Positions 27,975 to 39,385 of a stretch of 64,000 bases of DNA are shown in pieces. Source of the DNA: an uncultured Actinomycetes bacterium (GTDB taxonomy: Bacteria; Actinomycetota; UBA4738; HRBIN12). A program made the translations under genes and the position numbers. The stretch's first letter is position 1, and each line of letters starts with the position of its first letter. Location: the NCBI GenBank assembly GCA_963704885.1, contig CAVPIB010000004.1, positions 672,001 through 736,000 of the forward strand. Direction: 5' to 3'. Below the pieces are notes generated by a model. The model made no database searches. It was not told the origin of the DNA and saw only the letters and a list, made by a program, of their open reading frames with translations.

Positions 27975-30470
27975 CTATTCCAGCAGCGAGCGCACCGCTG
28001 AATGGATGCCCTCCACTCGCTCGGGATCGACGACCTTGCTGCCGACGGCATCCCTCACATAGAAGGAGTCGACGACCCGGTTCGTGTAAGTCGCGACCTT
28101 CGCCAGGTGTACGTCGAGCTCCAGCTCGCTCAGCGTGCGCGTGATGTCGTAGAGCAGCCCTATACGGTCGGACGCGCCGATCTCGATCACGGTGAAGAAG
28201 TCCGACGCTTCGTTGTCGACCTTGACCGTCACCGGCGTCCTCCTGGGAACCGGATAGTGACGGCGCTTCTCGTCCATGCTGTGCTCGAGCGAGACCCGTC
28301 CTTCGATCGCTTTGCGCAAGAGGCTACGGAACTCGCGCCAGCGCTCCTCCCCCACCTCGGGCTCGAACGCCCCGGCGACCTCGAACACGTCTGCCGCCAC
28401 GCCGTCTTCGGTCGTGAACACCTGAGCGGTGAGGATCGATAGGCCCGCGAGCGAAAGAGCTCCAGCTATCCACGAGAGCAGGCCCGGGCGGTCGGCCGCG
28501 ACCACGAGCAGCTCGTACGCGCCGGCGCGCGAACCGGCACCGGCGGAAGTGCGGACGTCTTGGCGTCCTATGTCGGGAGCGACGGTGGCGAAGTGCCTCG
28601 CGATCTGCGATGGCGGGAGCGAGAGGAAGTAGCTGCGTGGCATCCGCAGGATGAACCGTTCGACCTCGGACGGCTGCTCGTCCGCGAGGAGATCACGGAC
28701 GCGGCCGATCGAATCGGTCAGGCGCTCGGCGACCTCAACACCCATCTCCCCGCTTTCGAAGACTCTTTGCATCTTGGCCACCAGCTCGCGGATCAGGGTC
28801 TGCCTCCACGAGGTCCACGCAGCAGGGCCGGTGGCGCGCGCATCGGCCTTCGCGAGGAGATAGAGCGCTGCGAGGCGTTCAGGGGTAGCGATCTGCGCCG
28901 CGACGTCCAGTATCAGATCGTCGTCCGTCAGGTCCCGGCGGGTGGCGGTGTCGGGTAGGAGGAGGTGGGCGCCAACCATGAAGTGCGCGAGCTCGATCGT
29001 AGCGGGGGGCAATCGCATCCTGTCCAGGATGGTGGCGGCGACCCTGTCACCTATCGCGAGGTGACCGCCCTGGCCGATCTTGCCGATGTCGTGCAGCATC
29101 GCACCCAGAAGCGCGCCGTCGCGTTCGTGGATCTCCGAGGCCGCGGCCACCTCCATGGGGTCCGACGCATCGGGAACCGAGAGTGAGAGTGCCATGCGGC
29201 CGAGCGCGCGCGACAGGTGCACGTCGACCGTGTAGCGGTGGTAGGGATCTCGTTGTGGCCGGCAGCGGACGTCCGCCCACTCTGGTATCAAAGGGATCAG
29301 CAGATCCAGATGATCGAGCAGTTCAAGGCCGGCCTCAGCACGGGTTCCCGCACGGATGATCTGAAGGAAGGCATCTCGAACCTCGTCGGTCCACTCGCCC
29401 ATCGCTTCGCCCGGTGCGGCCTCCTCGATAGCATCGATCTCGCCGGCCGTGAGGGCACGATCGGCTCCCGCGGCATCGGCGACCAGTCGGAGCGCGTCGC
29501 CCAGGGTGTGCACGAACAGTATCGGCGCGTCCTGCGGCGCGCGACCTCGCGCGATCACATCGCCCGAGAGAGCATCCACCGCGCGAGCGTGCTCGAACAC
29601 CGCTCGCATCAGACCGTCGACGGCGATCAGCCGCGGTTCGTCTTGGAACCCCATGGCCCGGGCGACCGCGGGTTGCTGCTCAAGGAGCAGCCGGTCGACA
29701 CCCTTACCCGCCTCCAGGTGAAGCGCGCTCCTCACCCGGGTCAGGAACTCCTCGGCGCCGTCCAACTGCTCTCGCTCGGCGGGACGGAGGAGCCCGCCCG
29801 CCTCCAATGAGTGGCCTCTGGCCGCCTCCAACCAGCCGAACGCATGGATGTCACGCAGCCCTCCGCCGCCTTCCTTCAGGTCGGGCTCCAACAGGTACGT
29901 TGCGGAGCCGTACCGCTCCCGACGATCGCGAGCCGCATCCGCGAGCCGGTCCGCGAACGCGTCGGGATCAGCGCGGAGCGGATCTGCAACCGCGCCGCGT
30001 GCGGTGGACAGCAACTCTTCGTCCCCTGCCAGCAGGCGTGCGTCGAGGACGGAGGTTGCTGCGTCCAGTCGTTCAGCTGCTAGTTGTGCGGTCTCTTGCG
30101 GCGTACGAACCGCGTGACCGACGGTGAAGCCGGCATCCCAGAGGGGATAGAACAGGCGCTCCGCGAGAGCGCTCACCGCGTCCGCATCCGCGGCGTCGTG
30201 AAGCACCAGCAAGTCGATGTCCGAGTGCGGGCAGAGGGCGCCGCGGCCGTAGCCGCCCAGCGCGACCAAGGCCAGCCGCGGCGCCCGGGCGTCGGCAGGC
30301 CGGGCGGCCTCGAACAGCTCGATGAGCGCGGCGTCGACCAGCTCGGCGCGCCGCCGGGCCGACCAGAGCCCGTGATGACCAGGCGAGTACGCGCGTTCGA
30401 GCGCGAACAGCTCGTCCTTCAGTCGCGCGATGGGCGCCGGAGCGGCGGTGGTGCCGCTGCCCGCGTTCAC
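27975..30470 (-). CDS. glnD: PII uridylyl/adenylyltransferase
   Basis: ALGGYGRG..PHSDIDL, EPDLKEGGGGLRD, HRYTVDVH, LHDIGK, two ACT domains. Confidence 0.95.
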   Translation of the reverse strand: MNAGSGTTAAPAPIARLKDELFALERAYSPGHHGLWSARRRAELVDAALIELFEAARPADARAPRLALVALGGYGRGALCPHSDIDLLVLHDAADADAVSALAERLFYPLWDAGFTVGHAVRTPQETAQLAAERLDAATSVLDARLLAGDEELLSTARGAVADPLRADPDAFADRLADAARDRRERYGSATYLLEPDLKEGGGGLRDIHAFGWLEAARGHSLEAGGLLRPAEREQLDGAEEFLTRVRSALHLEAGKGVDRLLLEQQPAVARAMGFQDEPRLIAVDGLMRAVFEHARAVDALSGDVIARGRAPQDAPILFVHTLGDALRLVADAAGADRALTAGEIDAIEEAAPGEAMGEWTDEVRDAFLQIIRAGTRAEAGLELLDHLDLLIPLIPEWADVRCRPQRDPYHRYTVDVHLSRALGRMALSLSVPDASDPMEVAAASEIHERDGALLGAMLHDIGKIGQGGHLAIGDRVAATILDRMRLPPATIELAHFMVGAHLLLPDTATRRDLTDDDLILDVAAQIATPERLAALYLLAKADARATGPAAWTSWRQTLIRELVAKMQRVFESGEMGVEVAERLTDSIGRVRDLLADEQPSEVERFILRMPRSYFLSLPPSQIARHFATVAPDIGRQDVRTSAGAGSRAGAYELLVVAADRPGLLSWIAGALSLAGLSILTAQVFTTEDGVAADVFEVAGAFEPEVGEERWREFRSLLRKAIEGRVSLEHSMDEKRRHYPVPRRTPVTVKVDNEASDFFTVIEIGASDRIGLLYDITRTLSELELDVHLAKVATYTNRVVDSFYVRDAVGSKVVDPERVEGIHSAVRSLLE

Positions 30471-30471
30471 G

Positions 30472-31779
<1,308 letters not shown>

Positions 31780-31783
<4 letters not shown>

Positions 31784-32637
31784 TCTCCCGAAGCGCGTTT
31801 GCGAGCCACCGGCTTCTTGGCGGCGGCCTTCTTCGCGGAAGACTTCTTCGCGGCCGGCTCCTCGGGCTTCTTCTTCGCGGCGGCCACGCTCGCCTTCAGC
31901 GCCTCCATCAGGTCGACGACCTTCGCGGTGGGCTCGGCCTCGACGATCTCGATCTCCTCGCCGGCGATCTTCGCCTCGACGATCCGCAGCAGCGCCTCCC
32001 GGTACTCGTCGGTGAACTCCTCGGGACTCCAGTCCGACGTGAGGTTCTCGATCAGGGTCTTCGCCATCTCGAGCTCCTGCGGACGGACCTTCGCGTCCAC
32101 GCTCACGTCGCCGAACTCCGCGGCGCGGATCTCGTCGGGCCAATACATGGTCTCCAGCACGAACGCGTCGCCCTTGAACCGGAGGACAGCGAGGTGTTCC
32201 TTGTCGCGGAAACTCACCTTCGCCACGCCGACCTTGTTTTCTTGAGAGAGCGCCTCGCGTAGCAGCGCGTAGGCCTTGGCGCCGGTCTCCTCGGGGATGA
32301 GGTAGTACGACTTCTTGTACAGGATGGGATCGATCTCTTCGAGGTCGACGAACTGCACGATGTCGATCGCCCGGCTGGACTCGACCGGCACCTTGTCGAA
32401 GTCGTCCTCTGTGAGCACGACGTACTTGTCCTTCTCGTACTCGTAGCCCTTCACGATGTGGTCGAAAGTGACCTCTTCGCCGTCCACGGAGCAGGTGCGC
32501 TTCATGCGGATGCGCCCGCCGTCCTCGTCGTGGAGCTGGTTGAACCGGAGCGTCTTCTCCTCGGTGGCCGGGTAGACGGACACCGGGATGGTCACGAGGC
32601 CGAAGCTGATGGCCCCCTTCCACATGGATCTGGGCAT
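31780..32637 (-). CDS. ku: NHEJ DNA end-binding protein Ku
   Basis: RSMWKGAISFGLVTIPV, IVKGYE, YYLIP, VVDLMEALKASV, AKK-rich tail; SD GGAGG. Confidence 0.97.
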
Positions 32638-32657
32638 GTCGTCCTCCAAGCAAGCGT

Positions 32658-32691
32658 GTTCCCACCCGCACGCAGCGGAAACGCGATTCTA
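32658..32691 (-). promoter_or_regulatory. Candidate ku promoters: SigB/SigF-like GTTT-N15-GGGAAC plus upstream TAGAAT
   Basis: GTTT 32682-32679, GGGAAC 32663-32658, TAGAAT 32691-32686. Confidence 0.5.
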
Positions 32692-32731
32692 CCCCGAGCC
32701 GCCGACGCTACTTCCTGCGGCTGGTCAGATC

Positions 32732-32979
32732 GTGGCACCCCGTGCCACATAGCATCGCGACAGCTCGATCGGTATATGTCGCAAGTGAGATCGACGATAG
32801 GTCGATCCGACCGTGTGACTCAACCCCAGGAGGAGCGAGGAATCCGCTCGTGCCTCCGGCGAAAGGACTTCGCAGCTGGCCGGGGGGCGCACCAGGAACG
32901 AACCCGGCGTATATGCACGTCAGCCGGGTGACAAGAAGCACCCCTCGGGATCGGTCGCCGTCGGAGCGTTTCGGAATCC
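32732..32979 (+). ncRNA. Candidate structured non-coding RNA (three hairpins plus a ~140-nt rod)
   Basis: Perfect 6-7 bp hairpins at 32732, 32757 and 32789; nested helices 32839-32979 with G-U pairs favouring the + strand; no credible ORF. Confidence 0.4.
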
Positions 32980-33024
32980 ATGGATCGCGCCGAGCCCGAT
33001 GTGAAGTGCTTCAAGGCCGGCGAC

Positions 33025-33375
33025 TCAAGCGGGAGCGTTCACCTTGAGCCCCTTCACGCGGGTGAAGTCAGCGGCGTTCCGCGTCAAGAGCCCGAGACCG
33101 TGTTCGAGGGCCGTGGCAGCTATCAAGGCATCGGGCGTGCGGACGTTGGTAGCCCGACGGATCCGACCGGCACGTTCGGCGATCGCTCGATCGACCGACA
33201 ACTCTGCGAACGGTGAAAGTAGCAGTCCGAGCGACTCTTCCTCGGCATCGCGACCGGCGAACAATTCGCACCGGGTAACGACCGAGTAGGACAGGCGATG
33301 CGAGCCCACCTTGATCGGAGACGCGCCACGTACATGGTCGACGAAGACGTCGGTGTCGACCAGTAGATCAGCCAT
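33025..33375 (-). CDS. vapC: PIN-domain toxin
   Basis: LLVDTDVFVD, VTRCELFAG, PDALIAATAL, LTRNAADF. Confidence 0.92.
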   Translation of the reverse strand: MADLLVDTDVFVDHVRGASPIKVGSHRLSYSVVTRCELFAGRDAEEESLGLLLSPFAELSVDRAIAERAGRIRRATNVRTPDALIAATALEHGLGLLTRNAADFTRVKGLKVNAPA

Positions 33376-33592
33376 CGCGATCCCATTCGTCCCTCGAAGG
33401 GACTCGGAAGTCGGGGGCGATCCCGAACGTGGCATCGAGCGCCACCCTCGGCTCAGGAGGCGCGCCGGCGAGGTAGGCGTCGATCGCTTCACGGACTATC
33501 TCCGCCAAAGATCGGTCCTCCTTTCGGGCGATCGCATCCAGCCGCTTGCGTTGTTCCACCGTCAGATACACCTGCGTCCTAGTCGATACCAT
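33368..33592 (-). CDS. vapB: CopG/RHH antitoxin
   Basis: RTQVYLT..LDAIARKEDRSLAEIVREAIDAYL; overlaps the vapC start. Confidence 0.9.
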   Translation of the reverse strand: MVSTRTQVYLTVEQRKRLDAIARKEDRSLAEIVREAIDAYLAGAPPEPRVALDATFGIAPDFRVPSRDEWDRDG

Positions 33593-33611
33593 ATACAGCG
33601 CAGTATACAGC
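33592..33611. promoter_or_regulatory. TATACAGC direct repeat over the vapBC promoter and start
   Basis: TATACAGC at 33592 and 33604; minus-strand -10 TATACT overlaps. Confidence 0.55.
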
Positions 33612-33719
33612 ATCGCTCTCCGTCTATCACGACCCTACCCCGAAGGACCGACGCTGCTGCTCAGAGACGTGAGCGGCTCTGCCTGGCACCAGCTTCGACC
33701 AAGACCCATACTCCCGTCC

Positions 33720-36700
33720 ATGGACGGAGGTGGTCCCAAGGGCCGCGGCGACGTGGATGATGCGCGGCCACCCCCGGGCGAATCTGGCTCCAACGATGCT
33801 TCGATCAAGACCTTCCTGATCGTCGACGTTCGGGGATGGACCCTCTTCACACAAACGCATGGCGATGAAGCTGCCGCCAAGCTCGCGGCAAGGTTCGCCG
33901 AGGTGGTTCGCGAGGGCGTGCAACGCCGCGACGGGATCGTCCTGGAGCTTCGAGGCGACGAGGCGCTATGCGTGTTCTCCTCCGCACGACAGGCCATCCG
34001 TGCAGCCGTTGACCTCCAAGACCGACTCCTCGAGGAAACCGTCTCCAACCCCGACCTCCCCCTGCCCGCCGGCATCGGCCTGGATGCCGGGGAGGCGGTA
34101 GCGGTCGAGGGTGGCTATCGCGGTGGCGCGCTGAACCTGGCCGCTCGGCTCTGCGGGCAAGCGAAAGCCGGCGAGATCCTGGCATCGAGGGAGGTCGTGC
34201 ATCTGGCGAGGCACGTCGAGGGCGTTCGTTACCAAGAGCACGGAAGCCTCAGCCTGAAGGGACTCGCCGAGCCGGTCGCCGTGGTTCGCGTGATCTCGGA
34301 GACGCACGATCCCGCCGAGAAACTCGCCGCGTTCGCGCCGCCGCCGCCAACCTCTGAGCGGCCATCACGGCGGCGGCGGCGCACCATCCTCGTGGCCGCG
34401 GGCCTGACTATCGCACTGATCGCGGTCGGGATCCCTGTGGTCCGTTCGCTGTCGAAGGGCGACCCGATCGTGATCGAGACGAACTCGCTCGTCTCGATGG
34501 ACCAGGACGGACGGGTCGAGGCGTCGGTTCCGCTAGGCACCCGTCCCGGCGCGGTCGCCGCCGGAGCAGGTGCCGTGTGGGTCGCGAGCCCCGACGACGG
34601 CCGCGTAAGCCGGATCGACCCGGGTTCGGGGGCAGTGGTCGACACGATCAAGGTCGGCGTCGACCCGTCGGCGATCGCGGTCGGCGAGGGATCGGTCTGG
34701 GTCGCCAACGCGGGAGGGCCTAGCGTCTCGCGGATCAGCCCGGACACGAACGAGGTCGTGGAGACCATCGAGACCTGCAGCGGCCCGAACGCGATCGCCA
34801 CCGGGCTCAGCGCCGTCTGGGTCACCTGCGCCTTCGACTCCCTGGCGCTCAGGATCGACCCGGGAACCGGCGAGACGGTGCAGATCCGGCTCCCCGGGAC
34901 CCCTACCGGGGTGGCCGTCGCCGATGGAGCCCTGTGGGTGTCCATCACCACCTCGGCCACGGTGGTACGGGTCGACCCGGCAACCTTCGAGGTCGTGGGC
35001 GAGATCGAGGTGGGCAACGGTCCCGAGGCCATCGTGTCGACCTCCGGAGCGATCTGGGTGGCGAACCGGCTCGACGGCACGGTCGACCGACTCGACCCCG
35101 AGACCGGCACGAGGCGCGTCACGATCGAGGTCGGGCGCGACCCGAGCGCCCTCGCGGCGACCGAGGGCGCCGTTTGGGTCACGACAGCCTTCGAGGGGCG
35201 CGTCGTGAGCATCGACACAGGAACGAACCAGATCGATCGGGAAGTCGATATGGGGAAGACGACCGCGTCGATCGCCGTTACCGGCGAGCAGATCTGGGCG
35301 ACCGCTGGCGCCCCCGCCGGGGGTCATCGCGGTGGCACGCTACGGATCTCGATGCCCCTTGTCGATATCCTCGATCCGGGCTTCGCCTATGGTCCGGAGT
35401 GGCAGATCATCTCCCTCACGAACGATGGCCTCGTCGGATACCGACGCGTCGGAGGGATCGGCGGCACCACGCTCGTACCCGACCTCGCCCTGTCATTGCC
35501 GACCCCGACCGAGGACGGCTTGACGTACCGATTCCAGCTCCGTCCCGGCATCCGCTACTCGACCGGCGAGATCGTCGAACCGACCGATGTCCGATTCGCG
35601 ATCGAACGCGTGCTGGCATCCAGGTCGGACGGACGGCAGTTCTACCAGGCGATCTTGGGAGCCGACGGCTGCATCGTCGGCGGTGCATGCGACCTGTCCG
35701 ACGGGATCGTCGTGGATCCCACGGCCAACACGATTACGTTCCACCTGAGCGAGCCTGATCCCGAGTTCCTCTACGAGCTGGCGATGCCGTTCGCCTTCCC
35801 GGTGCCACCCGATACCCCGGAGGGCAACCAAGCGCTCGATCCCGTTCCCGCGACGGGCCCCTACATGATCACCAGCAGCAGCGGGGACGTCGTCGAGCTC
35901 GACCGGAACCCCGAGTTCCAAGCATGGAACTCCCCAGCCCGTCCGGATGGGTTCCCCGATCGGATCGTGATCGAGATCCTGGGTGACGGCGATGCCGCGA
36001 TCGAGCGGGTCCTCGACGGCTCCCTCGACTGGACGAACTCCGAGCCGTCTCCGGAGGTCCTCGATGAGCTCCTCACGCAGCGACCCGGCCAGATCCATCT
36101 CGCCCCGACCACCGCGATCTGGCACATGATCCTCAACACGACGGCACCGCCGTTCAACGACGTCCGGGTCCGTCAAGCGGTGAACCTCGGCATCGACCGC
36201 GACCGCATCGCCGCCATCTTCGGCGGGACCGGCCGATCCACGTGCCAGATCCTCACGCCGAACTTCCCCTCGTACGATCCGTACTGCCCGTTCACGCTCG
36301 ACCCTGGCCCCACTTGGAACGGACCCGATCTGGAGGGCGCTCGCGCGCTCATCTCGCGCGCCGGCGAGGTGGGACGAAAGGTCGAAGTGGCGGTCTGGAC
36401 CGGGCTCCCCGCTCCAGTGGAGGCTGTCGCCGACCACTTCGCCGGTCTGCTGCGCGATCTCGGACTGCGCGCGACTATCAAGGCTACGTCGGATCCGGGC
36501 GAGTTCTTCGCTCTGATCTCCCAGGGGAAGACACAGATGGCGCTGCTGGGGTGGTCACCGGACTACCCGGCCCCCGCCGGAGTGCTCCCTCCGGAGTTCC
36601 GCTGTGGCTTGAGCACCAACGTCTTCTTCTTCTGCGAGCCCGGGATCGACGAGGCTATGGATCAAGCGAGAGCACTGCAGGTGGAAGATCCGGCCGCCGC

Positions 36701-36860
36701 GACGGTCGCCTGGACGGACATCGAACACCGGATCGTCGACCTCGCCCCGCTCGTTCCGCTCGTCGTGCGTCTCGAGAGCGGCCTCGTGTCGGAAAGGACC
36801 GGCAACTACCAAAGCCATCCCCAGTGGGGGGCACTGCTGGATCAGCTCTGGGTCGTCTAG
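33720..36860 (+). CDS. Class III nucleotide cyclase - TM - YVTN beta-propeller - family 5 solute-binding domain fusion
   Basis: TFLIVDVRGWT, ELRGDEAL, GALNLAARLC; RRRRR then TM; repeated GAVWV..VSRIDP..VG; LVPDLA, YRFQLRPGIRYS, ATGPY, PPFNDVRVRQAVN. Confidence 0.9.
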   Translation: MDGGGPKGRGDVDDARPPPGESGSNDASIKTFLIVDVRGWTLFTQTHGDEAAAKLAARFAEVVREGVQRRDGIVLELRGDEALCVFSSARQAIRAAVDLQDRLLEETVSNPDLPLPAGIGLDAGEAVAVEGGYRGGALNLAARLCGQAKAGEILASREVVHLARHVEGVRYQEHGSLSLKGLAEPVAVVRVISETHDPAEKLAAFAPPPPTSERPSRRRRRTILVAAGLTIALIAVGIPVVRSLSKGDPIVIETNSLVSMDQDGRVEASVPLGTRPGAVAAGAGAVWVASPDDGRVSRIDPGSGAVVDTIKVGVDPSAIAVGEGSVWVANAGGPSVSRISPDTNEVVETIETCSGPNAIATGLSAVWVTCAFDSLALRIDPGTGETVQIRLPGTPTGVAVADGALWVSITTSATVVRVDPATFEVVGEIEVGNGPEAIVSTSGAIWVANRLDGTVDRLDPETGTRRVTIEVGRDPSALAATEGAVWVTTAFEGRVVSIDTGTNQIDREVDMGKTTASIAVTGEQIWATAGAPAGGHRGGTLRISMPLVDILDPGFAYGPEWQIISLTNDGLVGYRRVGGIGGTTLVPDLALSLPTPTEDGLTYRFQLRPGIRYSTGEIVEPTDVRFAIERVLASRSDGRQFYQAILGADGCIVGGACDLSDGIVVDPTANTITFHLSEPDPEFLYELAMPFAFPVPPDTPEGNQALDPVPATGPYMITSSSGDVVELDRNPEFQAWNSPARPDGFPDRIVIEILGDGDAAIERVLDGSLDWTNSEPSPEVLDELLTQRPGQIHLAPTTAIWHMILNTTAPPFNDVRVRQAVNLGIDRDRIAAIFGGTGRSTCQILTPNFPSYDPYCPFTLDPGPTWNGPDLEGARALISRAGEVGRKVEVAVWTGLPAPVEAVADHFAGLLRDLGLRATIKATSDPGEFFALISQGKTQMALLGWSPDYPAPAGVLPPEFRCGLSTNVFFFCEPGIDEAMDQARALQVEDPAAATVAWTDIEHRIVDLAPLVPLVVRLESGLVSERTGNYQSHPQWGALLDQLWVV

Positions 36861-36883
36861 CGGGTGCCGACTACCATCGCGGT

Positions 36884-39381
36884 ATGCCACCCAAGCGGCA
36901 GCGCGCCCGCACCTCCCCGACCCCGTTCACCGTCGAGTTCCCGCTGGCGCTGGACGCGCGCCGGGACGGCGACGCTTGGTGGTTCGAGGTGGACGGGCGC
37001 GAGCTCCGCCTGTCCAACCTGGACAAGATCTTCTGGCCCGACGAGGGCTACACGAAAGGCGACCTTGTCGCGTACTACATGAACGTTGCGCATCTGATCG
37101 TGCCGCACCTGGCCGAGCGTCCGCTCACCTTGAAGCGGATGCCCGACGGCATCACGGGCCCGCACTTCTACGAGAAGTCGGCGCCCTCGCACGTCCCCGA
37201 CTGGATCGGCCGCTGCCCTGTCATGAGCGAGGACAGCAAGAAGGGCGTGATCGACTACATGACGATCGCCGACACGGCCGGCCTGCTCTTCATCGCGAAC
37301 CTGGGCTGCATCGAGTTCCATCCGCTGCATTCGCGGTGCGAAGACGTCGCGCACCCCGACTACATGTTCTTCGATCTCGATCCGTTCCCGCCTTACACGT
37401 ACGAGGACGTCCTCACGGTCGCGCGCCACATCAAGGTGCTCCTGGATCAGCTCGGCCTGGCCGCGTTCCCGAAGACGAGCGGTGCGACCGGCTTGCAGAT
37501 CTACATCCCCGTCGAGCGGGGCACCTATACGTACGAGCAGGTCCGCGATCTCGTCGGCCGCTGCGGACGGCTGATCCACGACGCCGACCCCGACCGCGTG
37601 ACCATGGCGTGGAAGATCGCCGATCGAACAGGCAAGACCTTCATCGACCACAACATGAACCGCTCGGGCGCGAACATCTCGGCCGCGTATTCCCTGCGAC
37701 CGGAACCGCGCGCCCCGGTCTCCACGCCGCTCACGTGGGACGAGGTGTTCGAAGGCGGGTTCGAGCCCCAGGACTTCCGGATCGACAACGTCTCCGAACG
37801 GTTCGCCCGCGTCGGCGATCTGTTCGAGGGCGTGCGCGCCCAGGCGATGGACCTGACCAACGCGTTCGAGGCGGTCGGCATGAGCGCTGAGGGTGACGCG
37901 AAGCCCACGCGCACCCGAACGTCCGAGGACGTGATCGCCGCCTCGAAGGATCCGAACCTGGCCGAGTACATCCGCAAACGGGACTTCGAGGGAACGCCTG
38001 AGCCCGCGCCCGGCGCTTCGGAGGGCCAGGGCAACTCGTTCGTGATCCACAAGCACCGCGCGACGCGCCTGCACTACGACGTGCGGCTGGAGCGCGACGG
38101 CGCCCTGCCGAGCTGGGCCGTGCCCAAGGGCCTCCCCACGGTGAAGGGCGACAAGCGCCTGGCCGTTCGCACCGAGGATCACCCGCTGGAGTACGGCAAG
38201 TTCTCGGGGACGATCCCCGCCGGGCATTACGGCGCGGGCGAGGTCCGGATCTTCGACGACGGCTGGTACGAGTCCGTCGAGTGGGACGACAAGAAGGTCT
38301 CGTTCCGCTGCACGGCCGGCGGTACCCCGGGCTCGAGTTCCACTTCGTGAAGACGAGGACCGATTGGCTGGCGTTCCTGGCGAGCGCGCAAGAGGCACCG
38401 ATGATCGAGTCGCCGAGGCGGTTCCAACCGATGCTCGCCGAGGGCGGGTGGCAGGCGTTCGACGACGACGGCTGGTGGTTCGAGCCCAAGCTCGACGGCA
38501 TCCGCTGCCTGGCCGAGATGACGACCGGCGAGACCAAGCTCATCACGCGCACCGGTCGCGACGTCACGTCGCAGTACCCCGACATCCATATGATCCACGA
38601 GCTGGTCGACCAGGTGAACGCGGTGCTCGACGGCGAGATCGTGGCGTTCGACGCCGAGGGGAAGAACTCGTTCGAGGCTCTCCAGCAACGCATGAACCTG
38701 GCGAACGAGCGCGAGATCAAGCGGCTGGCCAAGCAGCTGCCGGTGGCGCTGGTGGTGTTCGATCTGCTCTGGCTCGACGGTCGTGAGACGACGGGGCTCA
38801 CGCTCGAGGAGCGCCGAGAGTTGCTCGAGCTGATCGTCGAGCAGGACGATCGCCTCCAGCTCATGACACACGTGGAGGGCGAGGGCAAGGCGTTCACGGA
38901 GGCGGCGCGCGGCCTGGGCCTGGAGGGCGTGGTGGCCAAGAAGAAGGGCTCGAAGTACCTGCCCGGCAGACGTTCCGACACGTGGCGCAAGATCAAGCTC
39001 ACGAACACCCAGGATTGCGTGATCCTGGGCTGGACACCCGGGCAGGGCGGGCGCTCCAAGACGTTCGGTGCACTCCTGGTCGGCGCGCTCGACGACGGAG
39101 TGTGGCGATGGATCGGTCAGGTCGGTACGGGATTCACCGACCAGATGCTCGTGACCGTGCAGGAGCAGCTCGATCCGCTGGCGCGCGACACTCCGCCGAT
39201 CGAAGATCCGGAGCTGGCGGTGGTGAAGGGCGCGCGATTCGTGGAGCCCGAACTCGTCTGCGAGGTCGAGTTCCTGGAGATCACGAAGGGCGCGAAGAAG
39301 ATGCGCGCCCCGTCGTTCAAGGGGCTACGCCCCGACAAGACGCCCGACGATTGCCTCCTCGAGGGCCCCCGCGGTCGGTGA
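36884..39381 (+). CDS. ligD: NHEJ DNA ligase D (POL-PE-LIG), frameshift near 38310
   Basis: LSNLDKIFWP, FDLDP, KTSG; YIRKRDFEGTPEP, HRATRLHYDVRLE, SWAVPKG; EPKLDGIR, EGVVAK; TACCAT-N6-ATG. Confidence 0.93.
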
Positions 39382-39385
39382 TGGA

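Noticed and set aside
32860-32950. TPP riboswitch (minus strand GGGGTGC..GCTGA..CCTGGT..GCCAGC) or SAH riboswitch (plus strand GCCGGGGGGCGC..CCAGG)
   Set aside because: The invariant UGAGA of TPP and the SAH P2/P4 elements are absent, and no thiamine or SAH gene lies downstream.
32708-33047. Short ORFs in the ku-vapC gap
   Set aside because: No recognisable domain, atypical composition, and the AGGAGG is not at usable spacing from a start codon.
34500-35310. Repeated TGGGT/GATCGACCC units as a DNA repeat array or CRISPR
   Set aside because: These are the codon-level footprint of YVTN propeller blades inside a CDS.
38290-38350. Programmed frameshift separating LigD POL-PE from LIG
   Set aside because: The shift lies inside the PE domain at CGC-(C)TG, has no slippery heptamer, and matches the single-base indel errors seen in argC and other genes.
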